Assembly: GCA_001004885.1 (NCBI GenBank)
Contig: LCRX01000002.1
Coordinates: 14,043-78,042, forward strand
Direction: 5' to 3'
Length of the DNA stretch: 64,000 bases
DNA from: Candidatus Magasanikbacteria bacterium GW2011_GWA2_56_11
GTDB lineage: Bacteria > Patescibacteriota > Patescibacteriia > Magasanikbacterales > UBA922
Numbering within the stretch: the first letter of the stretch is position 1; each line of letters begins with the position of its first letter. Shown in pieces: positions 50,372-62,313 of the stretch. The translations under genes were made by a program, and so were the position numbers. A model generated the notes under the pieces. It was not told where the DNA came from, ran no database searches, and saw only the letters and a list, made by a program, of their open reading frames with translations.

Positions 50372-51574
50372 ATGGATTATAGCGCCGTCCGGTCGATCAA
50401 ACAGGCACGTCGTCTCGCAGGCAAACGCGTGCTTTTGCGCGTGGATTTTAACGTCCCGCTTGATGGCCGGAGAGTAGCCGATGACACGCGCCTCAGGGAG
50501 GCGTTGCCTACCCTCCAATATCTCGCAAAAAACAAAGCTAGAATCATCATTGTTACCCACCTGGGCCGGCCAGAAGGCCGGCGGGCGGCCGAGTACAAGC
50601 TGGATCCGGTGGCCAAGCGCTTGGCAGAGCTTTGGAAAAGGAAAGTCGCCAAGCTGCCGGATATTACCGGGCCGAAAGTCGAGCGGGGCATACGAGCGTT
50701 GCGGCCCGGACAGGCGCTTATGCTCGAAAATATCCGGTTTTCCCCCGACGAGAGCGGCAACCGCGGTACTCTCGGCCGCGAACTGGCCGCGCTCTCTGAT
50801 ATCTTTGTGCAGGACGGCTTTGCCGTGTCGCACCGCGGCGACGCTTCCGTGGTCGGCGTGGCCCGGTACTTGCCGTCATATTCCGGGCTGCTGCTCGATA
50901 GAGAAATCAAGGGCCTGGCGAAAGTAGTGGACAAACCGGTTTCTCCGTTTGTACTCGTGTTGGGCGGGGCCAAAATGGAGACCAAGGTGCCGGTAATGAA
51001 AAATCTTCTGCCCCGGGCCGATTTTGTCCTGGTCGGCGGCGGCATTGTTAACACTTACCTGCATGCCCTGGGATACGCGGTCGGCCAGTCTTTGATTGAT
51101 CCGGGACAGGCAGCGGAAGCGGACAAATATGTCGGGCGCAGAAAAGTCATTAAACCTGTGGACGTCGTGGTAGGATCCCGTGACGGCGCTAACTACCGAG
51201 TGGTGAAGCTAGAGCGCCGGCCGCATGCCGTGTGTAAAAAAAATGAGGCTATTTTGGATATCGGTCCCGCCACTATCCGCCTATTCGCCGGGTACATCAA
51301 ACAGGCGCGGACGCTGGTTTGGAACGGCGCCATGGGCTATTTTGAACAGAAGCCCTACGATGTCGGGACATTGTCTATCGCTCGGCTCGTAGCCGCCCGG
51401 TCGAAAGGCCCGGCTTTCGGAGTTATTGGCGGCGGCGAGACCGTTTTAGCTATGGACCGCGTCGGCATGGGGGAAAATATTGATTTGATCTCCACCGGTG
51501 GCGGGGCTATGCTGGAATTTCTTTCCGGCCGCGAACTCCCGGGTATTGCCGCGCTCGTGCGGAAACGTTCTTAG
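50372..51574 (+). CDS. pgk: Phosphoglycerate kinase
   Basis: VLLRVDFNVPL, hinge and ATP-binding motifs; start at MDYSAV. Confidence 0.95.
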   Translation: MDYSAVRSIKQARRLAGKRVLLRVDFNVPLDGRRVADDTRLREALPTLQYLAKNKARIIIVTHLGRPEGRRAAEYKLDPVAKRLAELWKRKVAKLPDITGPKVERGIRALRPGQALMLENIRFSPDESGNRGTLGRELAALSDIFVQDGFAVSHRGDASVVGVARYLPSYSGLLLDREIKGLAKVVDKPVSPFVLVLGGAKMETKVPVMKNLLPRADFVLVGGGIVNTYLHALGYAVGQSLIDPGQAAEADKYVGRRKVIKPVDVVVGSRDGANYRVVKLERRPHAVCKKNEAILDIGPATIRLFAGYIKQARTLVWNGAMGYFEQKPYDVGTLSIARLVAARSKGPAFGVIGGGETVLAMDRVGMGENIDLISTGGGAMLEFLSGRELPGIAALVRKRS

Positions 51575-51597
51575 TGTGCTATACTGCTTCTGTGAAT

Positions 51598-51753
51598 GAA
51601 CTCACAGCGAGTTTCCCCACTTTTGCCTCAAACATAGACTGATTTTCGCGGCCCCAAAACTCGCTCTTACAGGCTCAGACATTGGCGCCGCGAAAATCAG
51701 TCTATGTTTCGGCTCAACTTAGGAGAGAATTGCTGATAACTCACTATCAGTTT
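51598..51753 (+). repeat. Family-A structured repeat, copy 4
   Basis: gaactcacagcgagttt…aaacatagactgattttcgcggc…gccgcgaaaatcagtctatgttt…cttaggagagaattgctga…; preceded by TGcTATACT extended -10. Confidence 0.85.
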
Positions 51754-51830
51754 AGTCGGTATTAGACACTAGCCGATTAGCGCTCGGTCCTGTTTTGCGG
51801 GATCGGACGTTAATCAGTTAATGTTCTTCT

Positions 51831-54013
<2,183 letters not shown>

Positions 54014-54138
54014 GCCAAACCGGCGCCAGGGTTGGGGCCGCGCGGCTGGTTTTTGCGTTTGGGTCATTTTCGACTGTCGCCGCCTGGCGGTCCCCGGTTG
54101 TTTTTTTTCGTCCTTTGCTCTATAATAGCGGGTACTAT

Positions 54139-54289
54139 GAACTCACAGCGAGCCCCCCTTCGCCGAAACATAGACTGATTTTCGCGGCCCCAAAACTCGC
54201 TCTTACAGGCTCAGACATTGGTGCCGCGAAAATCAGTCTATGTTTCGGCTCGACTTAGGATAGAATTGCTGATAACTCACTGCCAGTTC
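54139..54289 (+). repeat. Family-A structured repeat, copy 5 (ends 2 nt before the gpmI ATG)
   Basis: gaactcacagcgag…aaacatagactgattttcgcggc cccaaaactcgctcttacaggctcagacattggtg ccgcgaaaatcagtctatgttt…aactcactgccagttc; preceded by TTGTTT-17-TATAAT. Confidence 0.85.
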
Positions 54290-54290
54290 T

Positions 54291-55865
54291 ATGGCTGCAC
54301 ACCCGCAGGGACAAGTACAGCGCATCCGTCCGACTCTTCTTATCATTCTCGATGGCTTCGGTTTAGCCCCGGCCGAGAATCCGGGCAACGCCATCACTCC
54401 CCAAACCGCGCCCCATATTTTTGGCTGCCTGGAGCGCTATCCGTCTACCATCCTCAAAGCCCACGGTCGCGATGTCGGGCTGTTTGCGTCGCAGGAGGGC
54501 AATTCCGAGGCCGGACACTTCAATATCGGCGCCGGCCGGGTGGTGGAACAGGATTTGGTCCGGATTTCCCGGGCCATCAAAGATGGAACTTTTTTCAAGA
54601 ATGAGGCTTTCGCGCAAGCGGTTTATCACGTCGAAAAATATCAGGCGGCGGTCCATGTGATGGGGCTGTTGAGCGGCGGGCAAAGCGCGCACGCTCACCC
54701 GAAGCACCTATACGCCCTTCTGGAATATTTGCGTCGTCAGAAAGTAAAAAAAATCTATTTGCATCTGTTTACCGACGGGCGCGATTCGCCGCCGCATGCG
54801 GCCATCCGGCATCTGCGCGAGCTGCGCAAAGAGATGAAAAACGGCGAGCGTATCGCCACCATTATGGGACGATTCTACGCCATGGACCGCAATAAGTCCT
54901 GGGAGCGCACCGGGCGGGCGTATGCCGCCATGGTACACGGTAAGGGAGAATGCGGGTCTGCGAGCGCCGAAGAGGCGCTGTCGCAGGCGTACAACCGGGG
55001 CGAAACTGACGAATACGTGTTGCCGACGATCGTGTGCGAGAACGGTCAAGGGAGCGCCACAATCCAGGATAATGACGCGATATTTTTTTTCAATGCCCGC
55101 AGCGACCGCGCGCGCCAGATTACCAAGGCCTTCGTCCAGCCTGATTTTGCGAAAAAAAATCCCGGCGCTTTCCGCCGGGAGCGTTGCCCCAAAAACATCC
55201 GTTTTGTGGCCATGACCGACTTTGGACCGGATTTGCCCGGAATTTTCACCGCTTTTCCGAGTCCCGACGTACCGCTGAGTTTGGCCCGGGCAATCGGCGA
55301 GAATTACCGACAGCTGTATATATCGGAAACGGAAAAATACGCTCACGTAACTTATTTTATCAACGGCGGGGACGCCGAGCCGATAAACGGCGAAGCGCGG
55401 GAACTCGTGCGTTCGTCCGGCCATTACTCTTACGCGGCGGCGCCGGAAATGAGCGCGGTGGAATTGACCGCCAGAATCGTCCGGTATCTGCAAGACGGCG
55501 TTTACGATTTTATCACGGTGAATTTTCCCAATGCCGACATGGTCGGGCACACAGGCGACTGGCAGGCAGCCAAACGCGCTGTCCGGGCGGTCGACCGGGC
55601 GGTCCGGCGGCTCACGGACGCGGTGCTCAAATTGAAGGGCCAGGCCGTAATTACCGCCGATCATGGCAATGCCGAAGAAATGATCAACTCCCAAACCGCA
55701 GAGATAATGACCGAGCACACCCGGAATCCCGTGCCGTTTATCGTGGTCCGCCGGAATTTCGCGGCCAAGCTTCGCCCTGGCCGGCTCGCCGACGTGGCGC
55801 CGACGCTGCTTAAGCTCATGGGGGTGGATAAGCCAAAAGAGATGACCGGAAAAGCGTTATTTTAG
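54291..55865 (+). CDS. gpmI: 2,3-bisphosphoglycerate-independent phosphoglycerate mutase (paralogue 1)
   Basis: LIILDGFGLAP, GNSEAGHFNIGAGR (Ser nucleophile retained), DGRDSPP, TADHGN. Confidence 0.88.
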   Translation: MAAHPQGQVQRIRPTLLIILDGFGLAPAENPGNAITPQTAPHIFGCLERYPSTILKAHGRDVGLFASQEGNSEAGHFNIGAGRVVEQDLVRISRAIKDGTFFKNEAFAQAVYHVEKYQAAVHVMGLLSGGQSAHAHPKHLYALLEYLRRQKVKKIYLHLFTDGRDSPPHAAIRHLRELRKEMKNGERIATIMGRFYAMDRNKSWERTGRAYAAMVHGKGECGSASAEEALSQAYNRGETDEYVLPTIVCENGQGSATIQDNDAIFFFNARSDRARQITKAFVQPDFAKKNPGAFRRERCPKNIRFVAMTDFGPDLPGIFTAFPSPDVPLSLARAIGENYRQLYISETEKYAHVTYFINGGDAEPINGEARELVRSSGHYSYAAAPEMSAVELTARIVRYLQDGVYDFITVNFPNADMVGHTGDWQAAKRAVRAVDRAVRRLTDAVLKLKGQAVITADHGNAEEMINSQTAEIMTEHTRNPVPFIVVRRNFAAKLRPGRLADVAPTLLKLMGVDKPKEMTGKALF

Positions 55866-55942
55866 GCGGGGTTTTAACAGTCCCAAGCCGTCGAGCGCGC
55901 CTGGGCAACTCGTAACTCTGACAGCAAAATTTCTCAACTGCT

Positions 55943-57520
55943 ATGTCCCGACCAAAACCATTAGTCCTGGCTATTCTTGACGGCTGGGGAGTCGCCCCGG
56001 AGCACGAGGGCAACGCCATCACCCGGGCCAAGTTGCCGAATTTTGCCCGGTTTATCAAAGATTACCCGGCCATGACTCTTTACGCTTCGGGCACCGAGGT
56101 CGGCTTGTCGTTCGGCGAGATGGGTAATTCCGAAGTCGGCCACTTGAATATCGGCGCCGGACGCGTCTACTACCAGACTTTTCCGCGTATCAATAAATGC
56201 CTGGGGGACGGATCTTTTTTTACCAATAAGGCCTTTTTGTCCGCGGCTGAACACGCGCGGAAGAACAAGTCCGCTTTGCACCTTATCGGTCTGGTCAGCC
56301 CTGGCAATGTCCATGCCAGCGATACGCATCTTTTCGGACTGCTGGAATTTTGCAAACAGCAGAAGTTGAAACAGGTGGCGGTGCACGCTATTTTGGACGG
56401 CCGCGACACGATTTACAACAGCGGCGCGGATTTCATCAAGAAATTGCAGGCGAAAATAAAAGACATCGGCGTGGGCAAAATCGCTTCGCTCTGCGGGAGG
56501 TTCTACGCCATGGACCGCGACAACCGGTGGGACCGGATTGAAAAAGCCTACCGCGCCATGGCGGACGGAGTGGCGGCCGAGTATTTTAAAGATCCGGTCA
56601 AAGCCATTGAGTCCTCGTACGCCAAAGAAATTTATGATGAAGAATTCGTCCCGGTGGTGATAGGCAAAGAAGGCGAGCCGGCGGCCAAGGTGGAGGCCGG
56701 AGACGCCGTCATTTTTTTCAACTTCCGTCCGGATCGCGCGCGCCAGCTCACGCAGGCTTTCGTCCTGCCGAGTTTCGCCAAATTCGACCGGCCGTATATC
56801 AAGGAGCTGCGCTTTGTTACCATGACCGAGTACGAAAAAGAAACGCCGGTGGTCGTCGCCTTTTCGCCGAACGTGGTCGTCAACTGTCTGTCCGAGGCCG
56901 TAAGCCAGGCCGGACTCAGACAGTTTCATATCGCGGAGACCGAAAAATACGCGCATATCACGTTTTTTTTAAACGGCACGATTGAGGATCCGTTTCCGAA
57001 CGAAGAACGCGCCATTATACCTTCGCCAAAAGTTTCTTCTTACGACCAGGCGCCGGAGATGTCGGCCGCGGAGATAACCAGAGAAGTGGTAAAGGCGGTG
57101 GATGAAGAGAAATACGATGTCATAATGCTGAACCTGGCTAATGCCGACATGGTCGGACACACCGGTAACCTTAGGGCGACTGTCAAAGGCGCGGAGGCCG
57201 TAGACAAGAGTCTCGGGCAAATTGCCGAGCACGTGCTGGCCAAAGGCGGAGTCCTGCTTATTACCGCCGATCACGGCAATGGCGAGGAGGTAATTAATCT
57301 TCAAACAGGAGAAAAGGACAAAGAGCACAGCACAAACCCGGTGCCGTTTTTGGTGATCGCCGAGGCGTACCGCGGACAAACGGGCCCGTCCGGCGACCCG
57401 CCTAACGGAGACCTGAGTTTGCTGCACCCGGTCGGCATGCTGGCCGACGTGGCGCCGACGGCGCTCAGCCTGCTTGGCATTCCCCAGCCGCCAGAGATGA
57501 CCGGGCGGGCTTTGATGTAA
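55943..57520 (+). CDS. gpmI: 2,3-bisphosphoglycerate-independent phosphoglycerate mutase (paralogue 2, more canonical)
   Basis: LAILDGWGVAP, GNSEVGHLNIGAGR, DGRDT, TADHGN. Confidence 0.92.
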   Translation: MSRPKPLVLAILDGWGVAPEHEGNAITRAKLPNFARFIKDYPAMTLYASGTEVGLSFGEMGNSEVGHLNIGAGRVYYQTFPRINKCLGDGSFFTNKAFLSAAEHARKNKSALHLIGLVSPGNVHASDTHLFGLLEFCKQQKLKQVAVHAILDGRDTIYNSGADFIKKLQAKIKDIGVGKIASLCGRFYAMDRDNRWDRIEKAYRAMADGVAAEYFKDPVKAIESSYAKEIYDEEFVPVVIGKEGEPAAKVEAGDAVIFFNFRPDRARQLTQAFVLPSFAKFDRPYIKELRFVTMTEYEKETPVVVAFSPNVVVNCLSEAVSQAGLRQFHIAETEKYAHITFFLNGTIEDPFPNEERAIIPSPKVSSYDQAPEMSAAEITREVVKAVDEEKYDVIMLNLANADMVGHTGNLRATVKGAEAVDKSLGQIAEHVLAKGGVLLITADHGNGEEVINLQTGEKDKEHSTNPVPFLVIAEAYRGQTGPSGDPPNGDLSLLHPVGMLADVAPTALSLLGIPQPPEMTGRALM

Positions 57521-57522
57521 CT

Positions 57523-57682
57523 AGAACCTACTCCCGAAAATAATTCCGAGACAATTTTGTGCCTGTTTCGAGCGAAAATTGTCGGGTTGAGCAGGCTAGT
57601 GGTACTATGGCGACGAGAGCCGGACAATTTGCAGCCGAAGCAGGCCAAAATTGAGCCGGAAGTTATTTTTGGGAGTAGGTTC
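57523..57682 (-). repeat. Family-B TIR element, copy 2, inverted relative to copy 1
   Basis: agaacctactcccgaaaataattccgag … ccggaagttatttttgggagtaggttc; full length aligns to the reverse complement of the 49170-49330 copy. Confidence 0.85.
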
Positions 57683-57694
57683 AAGACGTTCATA

Positions 57695-57718
57695 AATCCC
57701 CGCTCGAGCGGGGATTTA
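57695..57718 (-). terminator. Hairpin overlapping the nrnA stop codon
   Basis: aaatccccgctcgagcggggattt. Confidence 0.5.
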
Positions 57719-58870
57719 CGTTTGGAGGGTTTGTTTTTTGAGGTGGGAGACGACGTCTTGTTCCACCTCGCGCAGGGTTTTTTGTCCGTTGATCGTAAAT
57801 GTGCACTGTTCGGAGTCGCCTTGAGGGGCGAACGGCAGCATAAGTTCTTTGGCCTGGCGGCCGTTACTGACTTGGAAAATACCGTGGATCGTGTGCGCGT
57901 CCGAGGGTTGCGGGTGTTCGTGCAAAAGCAGTATAAATTTGGCGGCCGGCGAGTTGGCAATGAGTTCGTCTATAATCTCGGCTAGGTCGTTTTCGTTCGC
58001 TCCAGCCCGGATGAAATCTTCGCGGGTGATAGAAGACCACACCAGCCCGATGCCGGGATCGTGCTCCAGGTGGGTAAGCGCCGCGCCCCAGAGTTTGAAA
58101 GTGGCGATAGACTTGGTCTGGAAAAGATTTTTGACGATCGTGCCGCGATCGGCGCCGAGGTTCACCAGTTCGCTCGCCACCGCGAGCGTGCGCGGCCGGA
58201 CATTGTTCTTCTTGAAGCTCCCGGTGCCGGCGATCATGCCCGTCAAAAGCGCGGTCGCCATTTCGGTATTAATTATCTCCGGCTTAATTTCGTTCATAAG
58301 CCGATAGAGCAGCTCGGCGGTAGTGCTGGCAGTGAGGTCCACCAGATTCAGCTGTCCGAAATGTTCGTTGCCGGCCTGGTGGTCGATATTGACGGTCGTG
58401 GTCTGGTAGAAGAAATCGGTGTTGTTGGCATAGAGCTTGCCCAGCGAATTCAGGTCCGGCGTGTCCAAGACGAAGACCAGGTCGTACTGGAAATCGGACT
58501 GGGCGGTGCGGATGTCGTCTTTGGTGATGAAGCCGGTTTTGGGCGTAATAAAAATGCGCAGGTGCGCGTCTTTGACGTCGTAGGAAAGCTCCTGGATGCC
58601 GGTTTTATCGATATCCACGGTCAAAATAAATTTTTGCAGGTGCCCCGGGGAGGCTTTGACGAGGCCGGCCGCGGGCAGAAAGCGGTAGGCTCCAGGCAAG
58701 ACAAAGTCGGAGCAGACGATTTCGGCGCGTTTCCCCTGGGCATGCAAAAAAGACCGCCAGGCGATGGCGCTGCCGATGGCGTCGCCCCGGCCGTCGGTTC
58801 TGAAAGTGATGAGAATATGCTTTTTCTCTTCGATCAGCTTTTTGATTTGTTCGATTTCGGAAAGTGCCAT
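57716..58870 (-). CDS. nrnA: DHH-family phosphoesterase (NrnA-like oligoribonuclease / pAp phosphatase)
   Basis: DGDAIGS and NIDHQ (DHH) motifs; DHHA1-like C-terminus. Confidence 0.8.
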   Translation of the reverse strand: MALSEIEQIKKLIEEKKHILITFRTDGRGDAIGSAIAWRSFLHAQGKRAEIVCSDFVLPGAYRFLPAAGLVKASPGHLQKFILTVDIDKTGIQELSYDVKDAHLRIFITPKTGFITKDDIRTAQSDFQYDLVFVLDTPDLNSLGKLYANNTDFFYQTTTVNIDHQAGNEHFGQLNLVDLTASTTAELLYRLMNEIKPEIINTEMATALLTGMIAGTGSFKKNNVRPRTLAVASELVNLGADRGTIVKNLFQTKSIATFKLWGAALTHLEHDPGIGLVWSSITREDFIRAGANENDLAEIIDELIANSPAAKFILLLHEHPQPSDAHTIHGIFQVSNGRQAKELMLPFAPQGDSEQCTFTINGQKTLREVEQDVVSHLKKQTLQT

Positions 58871-58970
58871 AGAGGATTTGACAGCTTATCACCCGGTTAA
58901 ATTTCTGTCAACTGTGGGAAATCCTGGACTTTGGCAGGCAGGCAGACCCAGTGGGCGCAGGGGGTAAAAG

Positions 58971-58999
58971 TTGCTTTTTTTAGCAAAAATTATTAGAAT
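58971..58999 (+). promoter_or_regulatory. valS promoter TTGCTT-17-TAGAAT
   Basis: ttgctt tttttagcaaaaattat tagaat. Confidence 0.5.
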
Positions 59000-59069
59000 G
59001 GAGGTAAAGTTTATAATTCGTCCTCGCCGTTCAAAGCCAAGGAGCTTGCCCCTGCCCGGAGCAAAATTT

Positions 59070-61832
59070 ATGAAGGAACTGCCCAAAACCTACGAACCGG
59101 ATAAATACGAAGACGCCATTTACCGCCGCTCAGAAGAGAGCGGGTTCTTCAATCCGGATGTTTGCGTAGAGAAAGGCGTGACCGCTCCGGATGCACCGCC
59201 CTTTTCTATGGCGCTCCCGCCGCCGAACGTTACCGGCACGCTTCACATGGGGCACGCGACCATGCTCGCGATCCAAGACATTATGGCGCGCTACCACCGG
59301 ATGAAAGGGGAGCGCACCCTGTGGCTACCCGGGACGGACCACGCGGCAGTAGCGACCGAGTCAAAGGTGGAAGCGCTGTTAATCAGCGAGGAGGGGTACG
59401 CCAAACCGAAACAAGAACTCGGCCGCGAGGCGTTTTTGGAGCGTGTGCGCCAGTTCGCGCAAGCTTCGCATGATACCATCGTCACCCAGAGCAAGAAAAT
59501 GGGTTCGTCGCTTGACTGGTCGCGGGAGGCCTACACCCTCGACGAAGAGCGCAACCTGGCTGTCCGGACCGTTTTCAAGCTGATGTACGATGAGGGCCTT
59601 ATTTACCGCGGCTACCGCGTCGTCAACTGGTCGGTGAAAGGCCAGTCCACCTGCAGCGATGACGAGCTGGTGTACGTCGAGCGCCCCGGGAAACTGTATT
59701 ATTTCAAGTACGGCCCGGATTTTCCGATCACGATTGCGACGACTCGTCCCGAGACTAAGCTGGGCGACACGGCCGTGGCGGTCCATCCGGAGGATGAGCG
59801 CTACCAAAAATTTATCGGTCAAATTTTCACTGTAGACGTCGGCGCGGCCAAACCGCTTGCGATTAAAATCATCGCCGACCCGGGTATTGACCCCGAGTTC
59901 GGCACAGGCGCCCTGGGTGTTACTCCGGCGCACAGCCCGACTGACTTTGAGATGTATCTGCGGGAAAAAGCCCGGGGCAACGACATTGGCCTGATCCCAG
60001 TAATCGGCGAGGACGGCCGTATGACCCAAGCGGCCGGCGCCGCTTATCAGGGACTCACGGTCGAAGAAGCGCGGGCCAAGTTTGTGGAGTGGCTGCGCCT
60101 TCGGGGGCTGCTCGAAAAAGAAGCAGACACGGTGCAGAACGTCGGCACTTCGGATCGCTTCAAGGATGTGGTCGAGCCTTTGCCCAAGACGCAATGGTTC
60201 GTGGACGTCAACAAAGCCTTCCCGATGAAGGGCGATAAAATCGCCGGCATCAAAGCCGGAGAGAACACAACGCTCAAAGAAGCGATGCACGCGGTCGTTA
60301 AAAACGGCCAGGTTAAGATAGTGCCCGAGCGGTTCGAGGCGACTTATTTTCATTGGATAGATAATTTACGCGACTGGTGTATTTCGCGCCAGATTTGGTT
60401 TGGACACCAGATTCCGGTTTGGTATTGCGCCAGCGGACCCAAACCCGAGTGCCGCCGGCCGATTGTCGAGGTTGAAGCGCCGGCCGAGTGTCCGCACTGC
60501 GGCGCGCGCCAGCTGGAACAGGATCCGGATACCCTGGATACCTGGTTCAGTTCAGGCTTGTGGACTTTTTCAACTCTGGGCTGGCCCGCCGCCAAAGCCA
60601 TGGAAGGAGATGCCGGCACCGGGACCGCGCGGGACGGGCGCACGGATTTTGAAGTTTATCACCCGACGAGCGTGCTGGAAACGGGTTACGATATTCTGTT
60701 TTTTTGGGTGGCGCGCATGATTCTCATGACAACTTACGCCTTGGGGGATGTGCCGTTCAAGACGGTTTACCTTCATGGATTGGTGCGGGATGAACAGGGG
60801 AGAAAGATGAGCAAGTCCCTGGGCAACATTATTGACCCTCTCGATATGATTGCCCGGTATGGCACGGACGCCACCCGGTTGTCGCTCGTCCTTGGCACTA
60901 CGCCGGGCAATGACGTAAAGTTGTCGGAAGAGAAGATTGCCGGGTTTAGGAATTTTACGAACAAACTTTGGAACATCGCGCGTTTTATGCTTCTCAACAC
61001 AGAGGAGCCTAAATCCGCCGCGGTCCGGCCGCTCCCGGCGACGCTATCCGACCGCTGGATACTTCACCGGCTGGATGCGACCATCGCCGAAGCGACACGC
61101 GGCATTGAACAGTATAATTTTTCGGCCGTGGGAGAGCGCCTGCGCGACTTTACTTGGAATGAATTGGCTGACTGGTACCTGGAGATAGCCAAGATAGAGG
61201 GCGGGAAAAGTGCTATACTCAATTACGTCCTGAACACGCTTTTGAAGCTCTGGCACCCCTACATGCCGTTTGTTACCGAGGCGATTTGGCGCGAGGTGTA
61301 CGGCGACGGCGGGCTACTGATGGTGGAGCGCTATCCCGAGGCCCCGGCGGCGCCGGATGCGGGAGACGTCCAGGCGTTTGCCCTGGCGCAGAGCATCATA
61401 ACCGGGATCCGATCGCTTCGGGCCGCGTACCGCCTGGAATCGAATAAGAATCTTTCCGTGGTCATAAATGCCGGTGAACGAGCGAGAGAGATCGAAGAGG
61501 GCGCGGCGGTGATCGCCGGCTTGGCTCGTCTCAAAAATTTGACGGTGGCGAGACAGGCAAAGAAGCCGGCCACGGCCGTTGGCTTTGTCGAACAGGGCGT
61601 GGAGGTCTTTCTCGACCTCATGGGCGTAGTTGATACGGCCAAAGAAAAGGAACGGCTGGAAAAAGAGATCGCGACGGTCTCTCCTTATGTGGATTCCCTC
61701 AGGAAGAAACTGGCGGACGAGCAGTTTGTCCGTAACGCCCCGGCCGCGGTGGTGGCAGCGGAACGCCAGAAGTTATCCGACGCCGAGGCGAAGCGCGCTA
61801 AATTGACCGAACAATTGCTATCATTGCTTTAA
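59070..61832 (+). CDS. valS: Valyl-tRNA synthetase
   Basis: PPNVTGTLHMGHA (HIGH), KMSKSLGN, C-terminal coiled coil; start at MKELPKTYEP. Confidence 0.95.
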   Translation: MKELPKTYEPDKYEDAIYRRSEESGFFNPDVCVEKGVTAPDAPPFSMALPPPNVTGTLHMGHATMLAIQDIMARYHRMKGERTLWLPGTDHAAVATESKVEALLISEEGYAKPKQELGREAFLERVRQFAQASHDTIVTQSKKMGSSLDWSREAYTLDEERNLAVRTVFKLMYDEGLIYRGYRVVNWSVKGQSTCSDDELVYVERPGKLYYFKYGPDFPITIATTRPETKLGDTAVAVHPEDERYQKFIGQIFTVDVGAAKPLAIKIIADPGIDPEFGTGALGVTPAHSPTDFEMYLREKARGNDIGLIPVIGEDGRMTQAAGAAYQGLTVEEARAKFVEWLRLRGLLEKEADTVQNVGTSDRFKDVVEPLPKTQWFVDVNKAFPMKGDKIAGIKAGENTTLKEAMHAVVKNGQVKIVPERFEATYFHWIDNLRDWCISRQIWFGHQIPVWYCASGPKPECRRPIVEVEAPAECPHCGARQLEQDPDTLDTWFSSGLWTFSTLGWPAAKAMEGDAGTGTARDGRTDFEVYHPTSVLETGYDILFFWVARMILMTTYALGDVPFKTVYLHGLVRDEQGRKMSKSLGNIIDPLDMIARYGTDATRLSLVLGTTPGNDVKLSEEKIAGFRNFTNKLWNIARFMLLNTEEPKSAAVRPLPATLSDRWILHRLDATIAEATRGIEQYNFSAVGERLRDFTWNELADWYLEIAKIEGGKSAILNYVLNTLLKLWHPYMPFVTEAIWREVYGDGGLLMVERYPEAPAAPDAGDVQAFALAQSIITGIRSLRAAYRLESNKNLSVVINAGERAREIEEGAAVIAGLARLKNLTVARQAKKPATAVGFVEQGVEVFLDLMGVVDTAKEKERLEKEIATVSPYVDSLRKKLADEQFVRNAPAAVVAAERQKLSDAEAKRAKLTEQLLSLL

Positions 61833-61834
61833 AT

Positions 61835-62302
61835 ATGCGCGGTACCTTTGTAACCCTCTCCGGCTGCCTGCTCCTATTCGGAGCCGGTTGCGGACCGATT
61901 TATCAATCAGAATCCTCGCCTATGACCGTAACTCAAGCTAGCCCGGCTTCCGGTAAAAATGTCCTGGAACTTATCCTTCAGCCCCAAGACGCTCAATTTT
62001 ACGTGGCGGCCGGCTGGACCGGTGGGATGGGGAGCGCTCCGGTCGTGGATCCGGCTACCGGCGCCCCGGTATTGTTTGCCGGTGCCCCGATCTATTTTGA
62101 TGAATCGTACGCCAAAGAAATCGAGGCTAAATTGCCGGCATGCTATGCGGGAGAGCCCCAGATAATCGTAACCGCAAATATCACGCTCACCAAGCGCACG
62201 GATATCAACCCCTCGATTCCCGGCGCCCCCGAAGAGACGTATTACGAGGCGGTGGTGAACAGTCTTAAAGATATTTCCGTGGCGGCAGAGCCGTGCTCCT
62301 AA
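61835..62302 (+). CDS. Hypothetical lipoprotein
   Basis: Signal peptide with lipobox LSGC. Confidence 0.55.
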   Translation: MRGTFVTLSGCLLLFGAGCGPIYQSESSPMTVTQASPASGKNVLELILQPQDAQFYVAAGWTGGMGSAPVVDPATGAPVLFAGAPIYFDESYAKEIEAKLPACYAGEPQIIVTANITLTKRTDINPSIPGAPEETYYEAVVNSLKDISVAAEPCS

Positions 62303-62313
62303 TTTTACCAGGT

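Noticed and set aside
54708-55718. 336-aa minus-strand ORF
   Set aside because: Antisense to gpmI paralogue 1; no recognisable motifs.
55961-56956. 331-aa minus-strand ORF
   Set aside because: Antisense to gpmI paralogue 2.
58871-59069. T-box riboswitch upstream of valS (and 62303-62313 upstream of tyrS)
   Set aside because: Leaders are too short (about 200 nt and 11 nt) and lack the conserved T-box sequence and specifier-loop architecture.
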